Position numbers and translations under genes: made by a program
Source: Asterias rubens
Lineage: Eukaryota
Direction of reading: 5' to 3'
Assembly: GCF_902459465.1 (NCBI RefSeq)
Contig: NC_047067.1
Span: forward strand, 19,964,001 to 20,028,000
Length of the DNA: 64,000 nt
Part shown: one piece after another, positions 49,001 to 59,000 of the stretch
How positions within the stretch are numbered: position 1 is the first letter of the stretch
Layout of the letters: every line of letters begins with the position of its first letter
Notes under the pieces: model-generated
The model's input: the letters and a program-made list of their open reading frames with translations, nothing else
The model's database searches: none
What the model was told of the DNA's origin: nothing

Positions 49001-52000
49001 TAGCCTCGACGACTGGATCTACTTCAAGTCTCAGGAAGGTAAGGATAATATTTCCCCTGAAAAGTGTGTTTAATGCATAGAGTTATATATAAGAACTAGC
49101 AGGCGGCTATTTTGTAAGTTGAACAAACAGGCATTGCTCAGCGTGTGTTTGTGCGGCCATTTTGTAAGTTGACAAAACAGGATCGCGTCGCCAGCGTTCA
49201 ATAAACACAAACTCCAACATAAGATATTTTTTAAATGTACTGACATGATAATTATCTGAATATTTGGCAGTGTTTCTATTTTACTTGTCTCCAATCCCTT
49301 CATGATCCATTTATTTTGCCACATCTACAGTCCCATGGTACAAGCGGCAAGACAGTTCCTGAGCTTGAAAGGACCGTAGGGTTGATGAAGAAGGTTGTTG
49401 AGCGTGTACAGAAGGAGAACGAAGACTTGAAGAAGGCTCCAGGGGTAACCTTACAGACAGAGATTCATGGACTCCGAGAAGAAAACCAAAACTTAAAGGT
49501 AGGGCTGTGTGGGAGTGACACATTTGATTCAATAATGTATTCTGTATAGTGTAGTCTTTAAAGTGTAGTCTTTATAGTGTAGTCTTTATAGTGTAGTCAT
49601 TATAATGTAGTCTTATAAAGCATTCATATCCACCAATAAGGTGCTCAAGTTTTTTTCGATTTATGGGGCTGATTTATGTAAAACCATACAAGGTTTTACA
49701 AGGTACTGTGTAAAAAATAACTGCTAAATAAAAGTTATTTGACTAACTTCACCAACAGACTGAACTCAACAAAATCAAGCACCAAGTCGGAGGTCAACTA
49801 AGCACTCGTTACGAAAGCACCCAGAAGGGTGTCGCTAAGGCTGTTGCCGAGAACAACAGACTGAGACAAGATTTGAGAAAAGAGGTTGAGTCCGTTGAGA
49901 AACTGAGGGTCAGTCACAGCCAGATGAGCCTGGATAAGGAGAGGTTACAGCGTCAACTTGAAGAGGTAAGTACCTTCAACCTATGATGAACCTCATTGTC
50001 TACTTAGATGGTGCTTTTGTTGAGAGGTTTAGAACCTCTAAACTGAACCAGTGTGATGACAGCTCTTCCAAACACAAAATCAACCTCTACCCTTGCAGGT
50101 ACCCTTTTATACCCCTGGGAGAAGAGAGTCAATTTAAGTAAAAATTGCTCAAGGACACACGTTTCATGAACGGGATTTGAACCCACACTCTGATGACTTA
50201 ACTACCAGAACTTGAATTCGATGCTCTAAACCATGTGATGTCTTAAGCTCAACACTTAGTTGTTTGTTTGTTTGTTGGTTGCTTGGTTAATTGTGCTTCT
50301 CCTGCTTTATACATACAGAATATCTGGTACAATGTGCTTATCAATGGGCTACTATTTTAAAGATACACTCATTGCATAAGGTAGTGGTCTTTATGCATTA
50401 TTAATTAGCTATATTGGGTCATGATTGGAATGTGGATGAGGTAATGTCTAGAACTGGGGCAGGTCTATCAGTGTGTAGTGAAATGGATACTACAAACGTT
50501 TGGCCATGAAACCCCACGTGTACCACCCAAGTACAACCCCAAGTACCACCAATTCTCCATTGGACCATTGTGTTCATTGCTCCAACATTTGATTCAGAAA
50601 CTGCCATTTAGTAATCTCAGTCTCATCCACAAAACTACTTGTCTATTTTGATTTGTAATCTCTTTCTGCCTACTCAGAGCCACGAGAAACTTCAGATCGA
50701 GCAAGCCAGGGGACCTAGACTTGAAGGAGCCGACAGTAAGAGCTGGAAATCCATTGTGGTGACAAGAATGTACGAGGAGAAGCTGAGGAATACAGAGCAG
50801 GAGATGGAGAAGAAGGTAACATGATTCATATGGACTGAGACCTTCTTGGATTTATTGTAAAAGGTTGTTAAGGCTGTGAAGGTAGTACTTGGTTGGTTGG
50901 TTGATTGTTGTATGAAGGGTCTGTATACGTTTGGTAAAGTATTTTTTAGCGTGCTTACTTCCATTTGCTTTTTTGCTTTAAATCTGCCCATTTAACTTAC
51001 ATTTTTGTATTAAGCTTTAATTATTGTTTTATTGTAAAGTGCTTTGAGGTTTGCATAAGGCGCCCTTTTAATCCATTACTCATATTATTCTTGTTAAGAG
51101 CACTGTATGAATAAAACACAGAGAGTTTTAGTCAACTTTGACCCCTCATACATTGACCCTTCTTCCTAATATTTCTGTGATCCTACAGAATTCCACAATT
51201 CAAGATATGAAACAGTTGTTGAGAGACTCTGCCCACAGGGAGCAGGGTCTGATGCAGCAGGTTGGGGAGCTGAGGGAGAAGGTGGCCATCTTAGAGAGGT
51301 TTCCAACAGATGCGTTGACCTCTGACACGGAACTAGTCAGAGAGCTTCAGCAGACCAGGTAGGATATCTTAATGCTATGTGTGTTACATTGACAAATTAT
51401 GCCCTGCCCATTCTATACAGGCATGATAGTCTTACTACTTTAGTCCGTTTTCCGATTTGTTTGCCCTTTGAAAAATCAGAATTTTTGTTATTATCAAGGC
51501 CTGTACAGTCTATTACAGCCTGTAGATGTTTATGGATGTCAACCGTTAGTTGTACTGGACCAAATTGTCCTACTATTTTCCCGGAACCAAATATCATGTG
51601 TATACCATTTCCCCTTGGCCATGTTGTCCACTGTGCCATGATGTCCTCCTCTGGGCCCTGTGATGTCCACAGGGCCATGATGTCCTCCTCTGGGCCCTGT
51701 GATGTCCACTGTGCCATGATGTCCTCCTCTGGGCCCTGTGATGTCCACAGGGCCATGATGTCCTCCTCTGGGCCCTGTGATGTCCACTGTGCCATGATGT
51801 CCTCCTCTGGGCCCTGTGATGTCCACTGTGCCATGATGTCCTCCTTTGGGCCCTGTGATGTCCACAGGGCCATGATGTCCTCCTCTGGGCCCTGTGATGT
51901 CCTCTGTGCCATGATGTCCTCCTCTGGGCCCTGTGATGTCCACAGGGCCATGATGTCCTCCTCTGGGCCCTGTGATGTCCACTGTGCCATGATGTCCTCC

Positions 52001-53770
52001 TCTGGGCCCTGTGATGTCCACTGTGCCATGATGTCCTCCTCTGGGCCCTGTGATGTCCACAGGGCCATGATGTCCTCCTCTGGGCTCTGTGATGTTCACT
52101 GTGCCATGATGTCCTCCTCTGGGCCCTGTGATGTCCACTGTGCCATGATGTCCTCCTCTGGGCCCTGTGATGTCCCCAGGGCCATGTCCACTAGGCCCTG
52201 GGTCCTAATGTCCATTGGGCCCCGGTGTCTGCTTAGCCCTTTTCACTTGGTTCTGTTTAGTATCTACCCAGTAGTAGTTTTTCTCAGCAGCAACTTCTTA
52301 GCAAAATGTCCTGCTTAAGCAGCTACATAAAAACTGGGTCTGGTTTGATAATCCAAGTAGAGTTACCTGGGATTCTGCTTTAGAATCAGGGTATGTGTTG
52401 ACTATGATTCTGCTGGCAAATTTGTCATCATGCAGTTTGTTTCTTTCTTTTTTCTTTCAGATTGACCTTGAATCGTCTTGAGAATGAGAAAGCTGAACTA
52501 CTGAATGAACTCAAATTGTTTCGTCTGCAGGGAGGTCAACCAGGGGAAGGTGCAGGCGGCAAAGTAAGTTTGTTATTTTTGCCATTTTGATGATTTACTT
52601 TCCTGAGTTCTGTGTTCTGTTTGTCCAATAGGGAAAAATTCACAAGCATTGAGGTTCCATTTTCCTTACTGACAGGATGTATACAATACCAGTATATTTC
52701 AGTACAACATAGCCTAATATCAAATTTATACTGTGTATTATTAATTCTGAAAAGTTGTAATGTGTACTTAGTTATGTTCTGTAATTGTACTTGTATATTC
52801 AATAAATTACAATTTGCAAGTTTGGCATCAAGTTAAACCTCTTCTATTCCTCTTTGTTATAGGATGATTTCCTGACAGAAAGACTCCACAACTACAATAA
52901 ACTGATGGAAGAGAATGTGGACATCAGAACGGATTTCAAATCCCTCCAACTTGAACAAGAGCGATTAAAACGGGATAACGAAAAGGTAAGTAGATACACT
53001 GCTGTTATTTATTGAATCACTGAGATGTGATCACCACGATAAATCTAAGGCTGTGTCTTTTCCTGTTCTTACCTACTTATTTATTCTGGCCTGATGCTTA
53101 GTTTTTGAAAGAGCAAGGGCACCAAGGCATTTTCTCCTTGGTAAAGAGCACTTTTTTAAACAGGAAATTTATACATTTCTATTGGAATATTGAAGGGGCA
53201 TCAAGGCAATGACTAGGGACATGGAGGCATTTGCTTCCCTTGCCTCCATTAAGTATCAGGCCTGCAAGGGACACCAAGGTAATGACCAGGGGCAACAAAG
53301 GCAATTACCCCCATTGTCTTTGTGAAGCATCTGGCCTGTTTGTTTATAAGTTTGTTATACAAATATAGGAGTTACCTGCTCAAAGGAAAATGTGATCGTT
53401 CTTTTGCATGCTGTAATAAAAAGAAATATGAGGCCTAAAAATAGAAATAATGATAACCATAAACAGTGATAAATATTCAGGACAAATGGCAGCAGAATTT
53501 AACGATGGTGATATTATATTATATTCGTTTTGTGTCTTAAAAAGACTATACAATTGTTAGTTTGGTTTTATTCTAACATCTGTATTTTGTTTACTTTGTC
53601 ACTAGCTTCGTAAAGAGCTGGAGCAGTTTGACCCAGCATTCTTTGAAGAAATTGAAGATCTCAAGTTCAACTATAGAGAATCTGTTCAACTCAATGTGCA
53701 GTACGAAGAACAGCTACGCAAATTCTCCCAACAGTTTGGAGTTTCAGTCAACATTCCTCCTGCGAGGTGA
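22076..53770 (+). CDS. CEP290: Centrosomal protein of 290 kDa (ciliary transition-zone coiled-coil protein), complete, 50 coding exons, about 2487 aa
   Basis: Exons, all GT-AG and phase-consistent: 22076-22168, 22982-23135, 23617-23672, 24566-24709, 24987-25040, 25495-25647, 26172-26354, 26858-26947, 27393-27515, 27993-28116, 28334-28503, 28842-28912, 29099-29276, 29819-30073, 30616-30831, 31224-31388, 31695-31844, 32511-32729, 32937-33086, 33669-33749, 36129-36302, 36553-36667, 37469-37662, 37929-38087, 38199-38331, 38715-38917, 39297-39410, 39783-39977, 40999-41187, 41653-41787, 42236-42457, 43157-43222, 43340-43447, 44101-44300, 44387-44474, 44969-45094, 45680-45817, 46340-46447, 46766-46858, 47220-47357, 47789-48046, 48265-48402, 48772-49038, 49331-49498, 49759-49965, 50678-50815, 51189-51358, 52461-52563, 52863-52985, 53606-53770; total 7464 nt. 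Diagnostic CEP290 motifs: KAQLDQLTGRNEELRREL, EMKELNERQRAEH, LRRQFSGAIPLADQEKFSK, FEEATGSLPDPSLP, EANARAPTTTMKSLVERL, WEEGKKW, SGKTVPELERTVGLMKKVVE, GPRLEGADSKSWKSIVVTRMYE, FDPAFFEEIEDLKFNY. Start context CACCATGG. Confidence 0.96.
24124..24508. mobile_element. Complete approx 385-bp MITE in CEP290 intron 3; partial family members near 17930-18270, 57860-58100 and 58372
   Basis: TAAAAGGCAGTGGACACTATTGGTAATT vs reverse complement of AATTACCAATAGTGTCCGCTGTCTTTA; TA at both ends. Confidence 0.8.
30126..30362. mobile_element. PIF/Harbinger-like MITE (GGCCCAATTTCATGGCTCTG subfamily); also 37050-37295, 59045-59235 and about 56700-56800
   Basis: TIR GGCCTAACTTCATGGCTCTG vs CAGAGCCATGAAATTGGGCC. Shared internal CAGAATTC/GCTTACG motifs. 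Confidence 0.75.
31921..32271 (+). pseudogene. Three tandem copies of the 3' half of CEP290 coding exon 17 (31921-31995, 75 nt in frame; 32058-32133 and 32196-32271, 76 nt with early TGA)
   Basis: Each copy is flanked by TGTTTGTCACAG and GTAAGA/GTAGGA. The copies are near-identical to 31770-31844. Confidence 0.9.
33250..33570 (-). mobile_element. Two head-to-tail copies of a repeat containing a degenerate tRNA-like core; others at about 15905-16030 (+), 48462-48560, 54010-54265, 58420-58500 and 59420-59480
   Basis: Minus strand reads TTGACAAAATAGGGAGACC.CCAACATAGGGCTAGATAGC.C.GT.GGTAGAGCG..GGCACGTTAATCCG...GTCATTGGTT..AATCCCACTCTAGG...TTTGTTCAACCCCAAA. Confidence 0.7.
34088..34150 (-). mobile_element. 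LINE/SINE-type 3' tail (L2-like) ending in (ATT)n
   Basis: Minus strand reads ...GTAAGGGGCGCAATATAAAATTTAAATTATTATTATTATT, similar to the tail of the SINE at 61187-61545. Confidence 0.45.
34380..35954 (+). mobile_element. Decayed Ty3/Gypsy LTR-retrotransposon pol fragment (protease-RT) in CEP290 intron 20
   Basis: ORF 34799-35875 contains WASPPVLVRKKDGKVHYCIDYRALN, FSTLDITSGYYQ, KTAFTT..GLFQY..MPFGLCNAPATFQR and YLDD. The protease C-terminal region (IIGLDFL) lies in 34440-34682. Stop at about 34680, frameshift at about 35815, stop at about 35908. Truncated at ERFMGLA, before RNase H and integrase. No LTRs seen. Confidence 0.93.
40270..40756. mobile_element. Non-autonomous nested-hairpin element, Crypton-like (tentative), in CEP290 intron 28
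   Basis: 28-bp inverted repeat 40270-40297/40603-40630 (27/28). 17-bp inverted repeat 40634-40650/40740-40756. Perfect 12-bp stem 40659-40670/40684-40695 around TCGGCTTCGCCTC. Confidence 0.6.
43735..43883. mobile_element. 149-bp MITE with perfect 27-bp TIR
   Basis: GGGGTGGATTTCACAAAGAGTTAGGAC at both ends in inverted orientation. Confidence 0.85.
45139..45480 (+). mobile_element. tRNA-derived SINE, second body type; minus-strand copies at about 29308-29525 and 36735-37046
   Basis: Same head (GGCCGAGTGGATAAGAACAC...CTCTGGTGTTTCTGATCAGC). Body AAGAGAAGGGGTT(T)GCC(C)CGGT..TCC.GG...GATTGGC.GCATATTGCG.CACAGCACC. Confidence 0.7.
49542..49618. repeat. 14-bp tandem repeat (TATAGTGTAGTCTT) about 5 copies
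   Basis: Direct reading in CEP290 intron 44. Confidence 0.8.
51626..52190. repeat. 39-bp GC-rich minisatellite, 14 full copies plus a partial one, in CEP290 intron 47
   Basis: Unit GTCCACTGTGCCATGATGTCCTCCTCTGGGCCCTGTGAT with CACTGT/CACAGG variants. Confidence 0.95.
53086..53264. mobile_element. hAT-like MITE; related copy at about 61965-62132
   Basis: Ends C(T)GGCCTGATGCTT ... AAGTATCAGGCCTG. Shared internal GAAGGGGCATCAAGGC motif. Confidence 0.55.
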
Positions 53771-54089
53771 ACAGGGCTCAATAAAGATTGTTAGCTCAAA
53801 AAGCACAGTAAAATCCTGCTTAGCAGAAATTGGGTACCAGCCAAAATTCCATAAAGCTCACAATGTTGCAACTGGTGCCCAGTTTTGAAATTCACTGATT
53901 AGTATTTTCTGCTTAAAACAGCTTTATGAAATTGGGGCCAGTTTGAAACTCTGCAAATTTTGCCACCATTTTGGAGTGTTCTCCAGCCAATGAAGTGTTC
54001 AAAAGTCTAATTTGGGGTTGAACAAATGAGAGCAAGATTTGAAACTGTGACCCCGGATTGATGTGCGAACTAAACCAACTGAGCCATCC

Positions 54090-54237
54090 AAAGCCCGGTG
54101 TTCATACTGATCCTGCGAATGCGATTCAATACGAGTTTAGTTGTGCTCAACTCTCTTGCGAATGTCGCAGCGAAAGAGGAGTTGTGACGTCAAATTTGCA
54201 TCAAATTCGCATTCGCAGGAAGTATGAACCGGGCTTT
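54090..54237. mobile_element. MITE inserted inside a tRNA-like repeat
   Basis: AAAGCCCGGT.TTCATACT..CCTGCGAATGCGA vs TCGCATTCGCAGGAAGTATGAACCGGGCTTT. Confidence 0.75.
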
Positions 54238-54992
54238 ACCCCAATGTTGGGGGTCTCCTGTCATTACTTTTGTCTGAGGTGTGAGTCAGAAACCATTCAA
54301 TATGTAACTGCTGTTTTTTAAATTTTGTTAAACTCGGCCCTTGACTTAAGTTTTGTTTACTTATCTTGCCTGTTACCCAAACCTTGTTCACCTTTATACT
54401 TCTATGAGACAATATAAATCATGGTTGAAAAGGAAACCCCGCCCCCAACACCCGCCAAGCTCTGTGTTGGGTCACTCTGTGGACATTTCTTTGTTCTGTA
54501 CACTTAAGGAACATCCTTTACTTCAACACTAAAAAACAAGATGGCCGTTGCTAGTCCACATAGTAACGTCATAAATACATCCCTATAGGATTAACTTATT
54601 TATTGATGCAGTTTGTTTTTATTATATATTTATGAGTAAATGCATTTATTGAAAAAATACCAAGTTTTTGCTGCTATATTTGTGTCTGTCAATCTTCTAT
54701 GTAAACTAAGTTATATCAACACTTCTGGCAATGTTTGGCGGCCCATGTGAATTTGACCCACTTTTGAGTTGCAATCCATAGTTGTTGTGCACTGAGCAAA
54801 AGAGAAAATGTTATTACCAGAGCACTTATCATAAATGAGTAGGGGTTTCTGGCGCACGTAGCAAGCACCCTTGTTTACAGGTTTCCCTCAGGCCTTGCGA
54901 GCTGCACTGAGTGATGTGGCTCACAAGTGAACTTTGTAAGGCACCCTTGGTTTCGTTACCAGAAATAAATAATAAAAAACTATATTTTATGT

Positions 54993-55082
54993 TAGACCCA
55001 GTAACTGGGGCCCTGTATTCCTTTTTGACCGATAATGTACAAACTTTGAAAAAAGAATACAGCGCCTCAGTTACTGGGTCTA
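54993..55082. mobile_element. 90-bp TA-ended MITE; family members at 57628-57810 and about 56545-56625
   Basis: TAGACCCAGTAACTGGGGCCCTGTATTC vs GAATACAGCGCCTCAGTTACTGGGTCTA. Confidence 0.8.
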
Positions 55083-55143
55083 ATTATGTATATTATGTAA
55101 CTTTACTTACAAAATTAATCCACATGTTATTTATTTATGTCTA

Positions 55144-55305
55144 GAAATTCTAAGTCAAGTGAACCCAGTTGTCATAATGTAGACTTGTAGATATGTGAAA
55201 TTCTAAGTCAAGTGAACCCAGTTGTCATAATGTAGACTTGTAGATATGTGAAATTCTAAGTCAAGTGAACCCAGTTGTCATAATGTAGACTTGTAGATAT
55301 GTGAA
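55144..55305. repeat. 53-bp unit x3, perfect
   Basis: GAAATTCTAAGTCAAGTGAACCCAGTTGTCATAATGTAGACTTGTAGATATGT starting at 55144, 55197 and 55250. Confidence 0.95.
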
Positions 55306-55912
55306 TATTGTACAGAAGTCAAACTTCTCTGGAGAGAAAAAATAAAACTTGATTAATTCATTTGATTTGGTGTAGATCTTTACCATCATCTGTTGTTGTT
55401 GTTGTTAAACAATTTTTATCACATTTGAAACATCAGTTTTTACACTATTGTTTTAACATTGACAGCCCCTGTCCAACTTGTAACTATTGTGTATGTCTAA
55501 AGATTTAAAATAAATAAAATATGTAAATAAAATATGAACCAACTAAATAATAAACAACACACGCCACATGCCAACAAAAAATAGACTTTGATCCTAGTCC
55601 CTGTAGCCCCCAACGTGACCACCAGCTCACTATTTTTGGTTGTATCGGATGGTGTAAACTAATGGAGGGACTAGTGTAAGTCTTTTTGCCCGGCATAAAG
55701 AAATCTCTCACACCTTGCGCGTGTCGTAAAATATTGCACAAAAGGTAGCTCCGTTTCAAGAGAAGTATGTGACATGCACCACCATAGTTCCAGGAAGATA
55801 TCCGTAATCTAGATGCTGAAAAGTCTTTGATTGATGATACCAACAGAATCACGTTACTTAGATTTCACTTATTTATCAAAAGAGATGCTAGAATTACTAC
55901 CTAATATTCATA

Positions 55913-55980
55913 ACTAGCGACTAGTACTAGTAGTAGTACTACTTACTACTACTAGTACTACAGTGTAGTAGTGGTAGTGT
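55913..55980. repeat. TAG/CTA trinucleotide microsatellite just upstream of the MATE ATG
   Basis: ACTAGTACTAGTAGTAGTACTACTTACTACTACTAGTACTAC. Confidence 0.7.
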
Positions 55981-56023
55981 GGAGGTGTACGCACGGTAGA
56001 CATCCGTCAGTTATTAATAAGTT

Positions 56024-59000
56024 ATGAATGAAAACAATCACAATGGCGGCGGAGGCAAATCAGCAGCAACAGACGACAGCAAAGAGGAGACGCCACAACG
56101 ATGCAGAGATCGAAAGTGGTGTCAGTCGGCATCTCTGTCTGACTACAAAGAGTCCTTCAAACAACTCACGATACTGTCTTGGCCAGTGGTAAGAATGCTG
56201 TCCCCATGGAGCTATGGTCGGCTTGCACTTGCCTTGCATTGCAAGTAGCAATGACAACAATGTCTCTCCACCATCTGACTTGAAATTTGAATGATAATAC
56301 TGATACAGTGAAAGTCCTATAATAGACATGATAGATGTAGAGTTCAATGCACAAAACAGTAGTTCTGAATCTTATCTTGAGTTAAATTTAGGAAAAGTTT
56401 CTGTACATCAGGCGCCACCACTTTTTCATTCGATGTGAAGTAATACAGTATCTTATTTACCTGAATAAGTATGCCTATTTGTAAAAATGAGTGAACAAGT
56501 GGAGGCGCCGTACAGGCCATACGGAAAGCTATCCCAAATTTATAGACTCAGTAACCTGGTAACTACGGCGCAGTACTCCTTTTTACGAAACGTCTTTATC
56601 GGTCGAGTACAGCGCCCCAGTTAAGTGAACTAAATGAGGTTCATTCCGCTATCGTTCCCCTATTTCGTCTCTTTGTGGAAAAAGTGAAGTACGCAAAATT
56701 CTCTGCTAACTTGTGAAATACATTGTAAAGCTCAGAATTCGCTGCTTCCACAATTGCGATTATTTGCTAACGGTAAGCAGAGCCATGAAATTTGGCCTTG
56801 GTCAATGGCCAGTGTTCTTCATGGCCACCTACCTAGTCTACGGTCAGTGTTCCTCTGGCCAACTGGTTTGTGACCAGTGTCTTTACAGCCGCCTGGTCTG
56901 TGGCCATGCTGTGTTCTTCTGAAGTTCTGGCCACCTGTGCCCAATTTCATAGAGCTGCTTAGCACAAAAATTTGCTTAGCACGAAATTTCTTCCTTGATA
57001 AAAATTGGATTACCAACCAAATTTCCACATTATTTTCAGGATTTATGCAAACAACAGCTGAATACCAGTAACAAGCAATTTGCTACAAATGGAAATTTGG
57101 TTGGTAATCCTGTTTTTATCAAGGAAGAAATTTCATGCTAAGCAAATTTGTGTGCTTAGCAGATCTATGAAATTGGGCCCTGGTCTAATGCCAGTGTTCC
57201 TCTGCCCACCTGGTATGTGCCCAGTGTCCTTTTGTCCACCTGGTCTGTGGCCAGCGCCCTTCTGGCCACCTGGTCTGTGGCCAGTGTCCTTCTGGCCAGC
57301 TGGTCTACAGTCGGTGTTCTTCTGGCCACCTGGTATGTGGCCCTCCACTGGAGGGCAGTTACGAATGGGACTAGATCGTAAGGCTTGGCTGTCAGAATGC
57401 ACCCACAGGGATAATGCCTTTTAAAAAAGATTCAATAGTTCTTCACAAGCCAAATTACATTTGATTTTTCTCTTTCAAAACATAGGCTCTGTATTCCGTA
57501 TCCGGTGTCATTATTAGCATGACGTCTATTGCCTTTACTGGTCACATTGGGAAGGATGAGATTGCTGCTTCTGCTCTCGCACAATCGGTAAGTGGCTGGA
57601 TAGTGGGTTCATTGGACAATCTCCACAAGACCCAGTAACTGGGGCGCTGTGTTCCTTTTTCGAAATTTTGACATTTTCTGTCAAACAGAATGACAGAAAA
57701 TGTCAAAATTTCGAAAAAAGAGAGGAAATTTTGACATTTTCTATCAAACAGAATGACAGAAAATGTCAAAATTTCGAAAAAGTAATACAACGCCCCAGTT
57801 ACTGGGTCTAAATCTCTACAATAAGTAGAGTCATCATAGATTGCTTTTTTCATTAGAGGAAGGCACTGGACACCTGTGGTAACTGTCAAAGACCAGTGTT
57901 CTCAGTTGCGTATCCCAACATAAACATGCATTTAAAAAAACAAATCTGTGAAAAATTTGACTCATTTGGTCATCGAAGTTGCAAGAAAATTATAAAAGAA
58001 AAGACACCCTTTGGAACAAGCAGTGCAAGAAGATTTATCTCATTTTTCTTGTTTGTATTTAGTACTCAATGGAATTGAAAGATAATTGTATTCATCGGTT
58101 TAAATTAAAAATGCAGTGCGGTGTGTTTATTTAAAAACAGAGGACTGCTAGACTTCCTTGTCCAGTCATGAGTTTACTGGCCTGATGCTAAAAATGATTG
58201 GCGCGGGGCCTGCAGTCAAGTATTAATTTGGAGACCTGAATGTTTAAGTGTTTTATTGTTCCCTCAGATCATTCATGTAACCTGGCGGTCAGTCATGTTT
58301 GGCTTCACATCAGCTGCGGACACATTGTTTTCACAGGTTAGTGTGAGGGCCAGGACTTATTCATTTCAGTTAAAGGCACTGGACACGTTGGTAATTGTCA
58401 AAGACCAGCAACCTTCAGAATAAAAGTCCGGCGCTGTTCTAACTGAGCCATCTAGCCCTAATGTGCTGATGGCCTCCCCATTTTGTCAATGCATTCGTTC
58501 GGGGGTGCCAGTTTCGTAATCTGAAATGTTAAGAGTGATTGTGTGGTTAATTTATTTGCAGACTTATGGAAGTGACAACAAAAAGAGAGTGGGAATCATC
58601 TTGCAGCGTTTTTTTGTCCTGACAGTGTTGTTGTCAGTTGTGTGCTCGGGAGTCTTAATCAACACTGAAGGACTTCTTCTACTTGTGGGGCAAGACCCAT
58701 ACATCGCCAGGTAGGTTGTATACTTAATAATCATTGTCTTTGATTTATTAATCAATCACTGTGGCGTGTTGTGGTCGAGCGGTCTAGTTCATCAGACCCA
58801 AAGCTCTGGTGTCGTCAGGAGCAGAGTGTGGGTTTAAATCTCAGTCTTGACACTTGTGCCCTTGACAAAGGCACTTAACCATAACGGCTCCGTAAGTGAA
58901 GAAGGTAGTGCATGATACCCATGTCTACACCCAGTTGCGGAATGTGAAGGGGGTAACCATGTTCCAGGCTCAGGAGTAGGTGGCAGTGCCCCTGGTGGCA

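Noticed and set aside
51377-52318. Long ORFs of 313, 223 and 199 aa with 13-aa repeats
   Set aside because: They arise from the 39-bp intronic minisatellite (multiple of 3, stop-free). There is no domain signal and they lie inside CEP290 intron 47. It is not a CRISPR array because there are no unique spacers.
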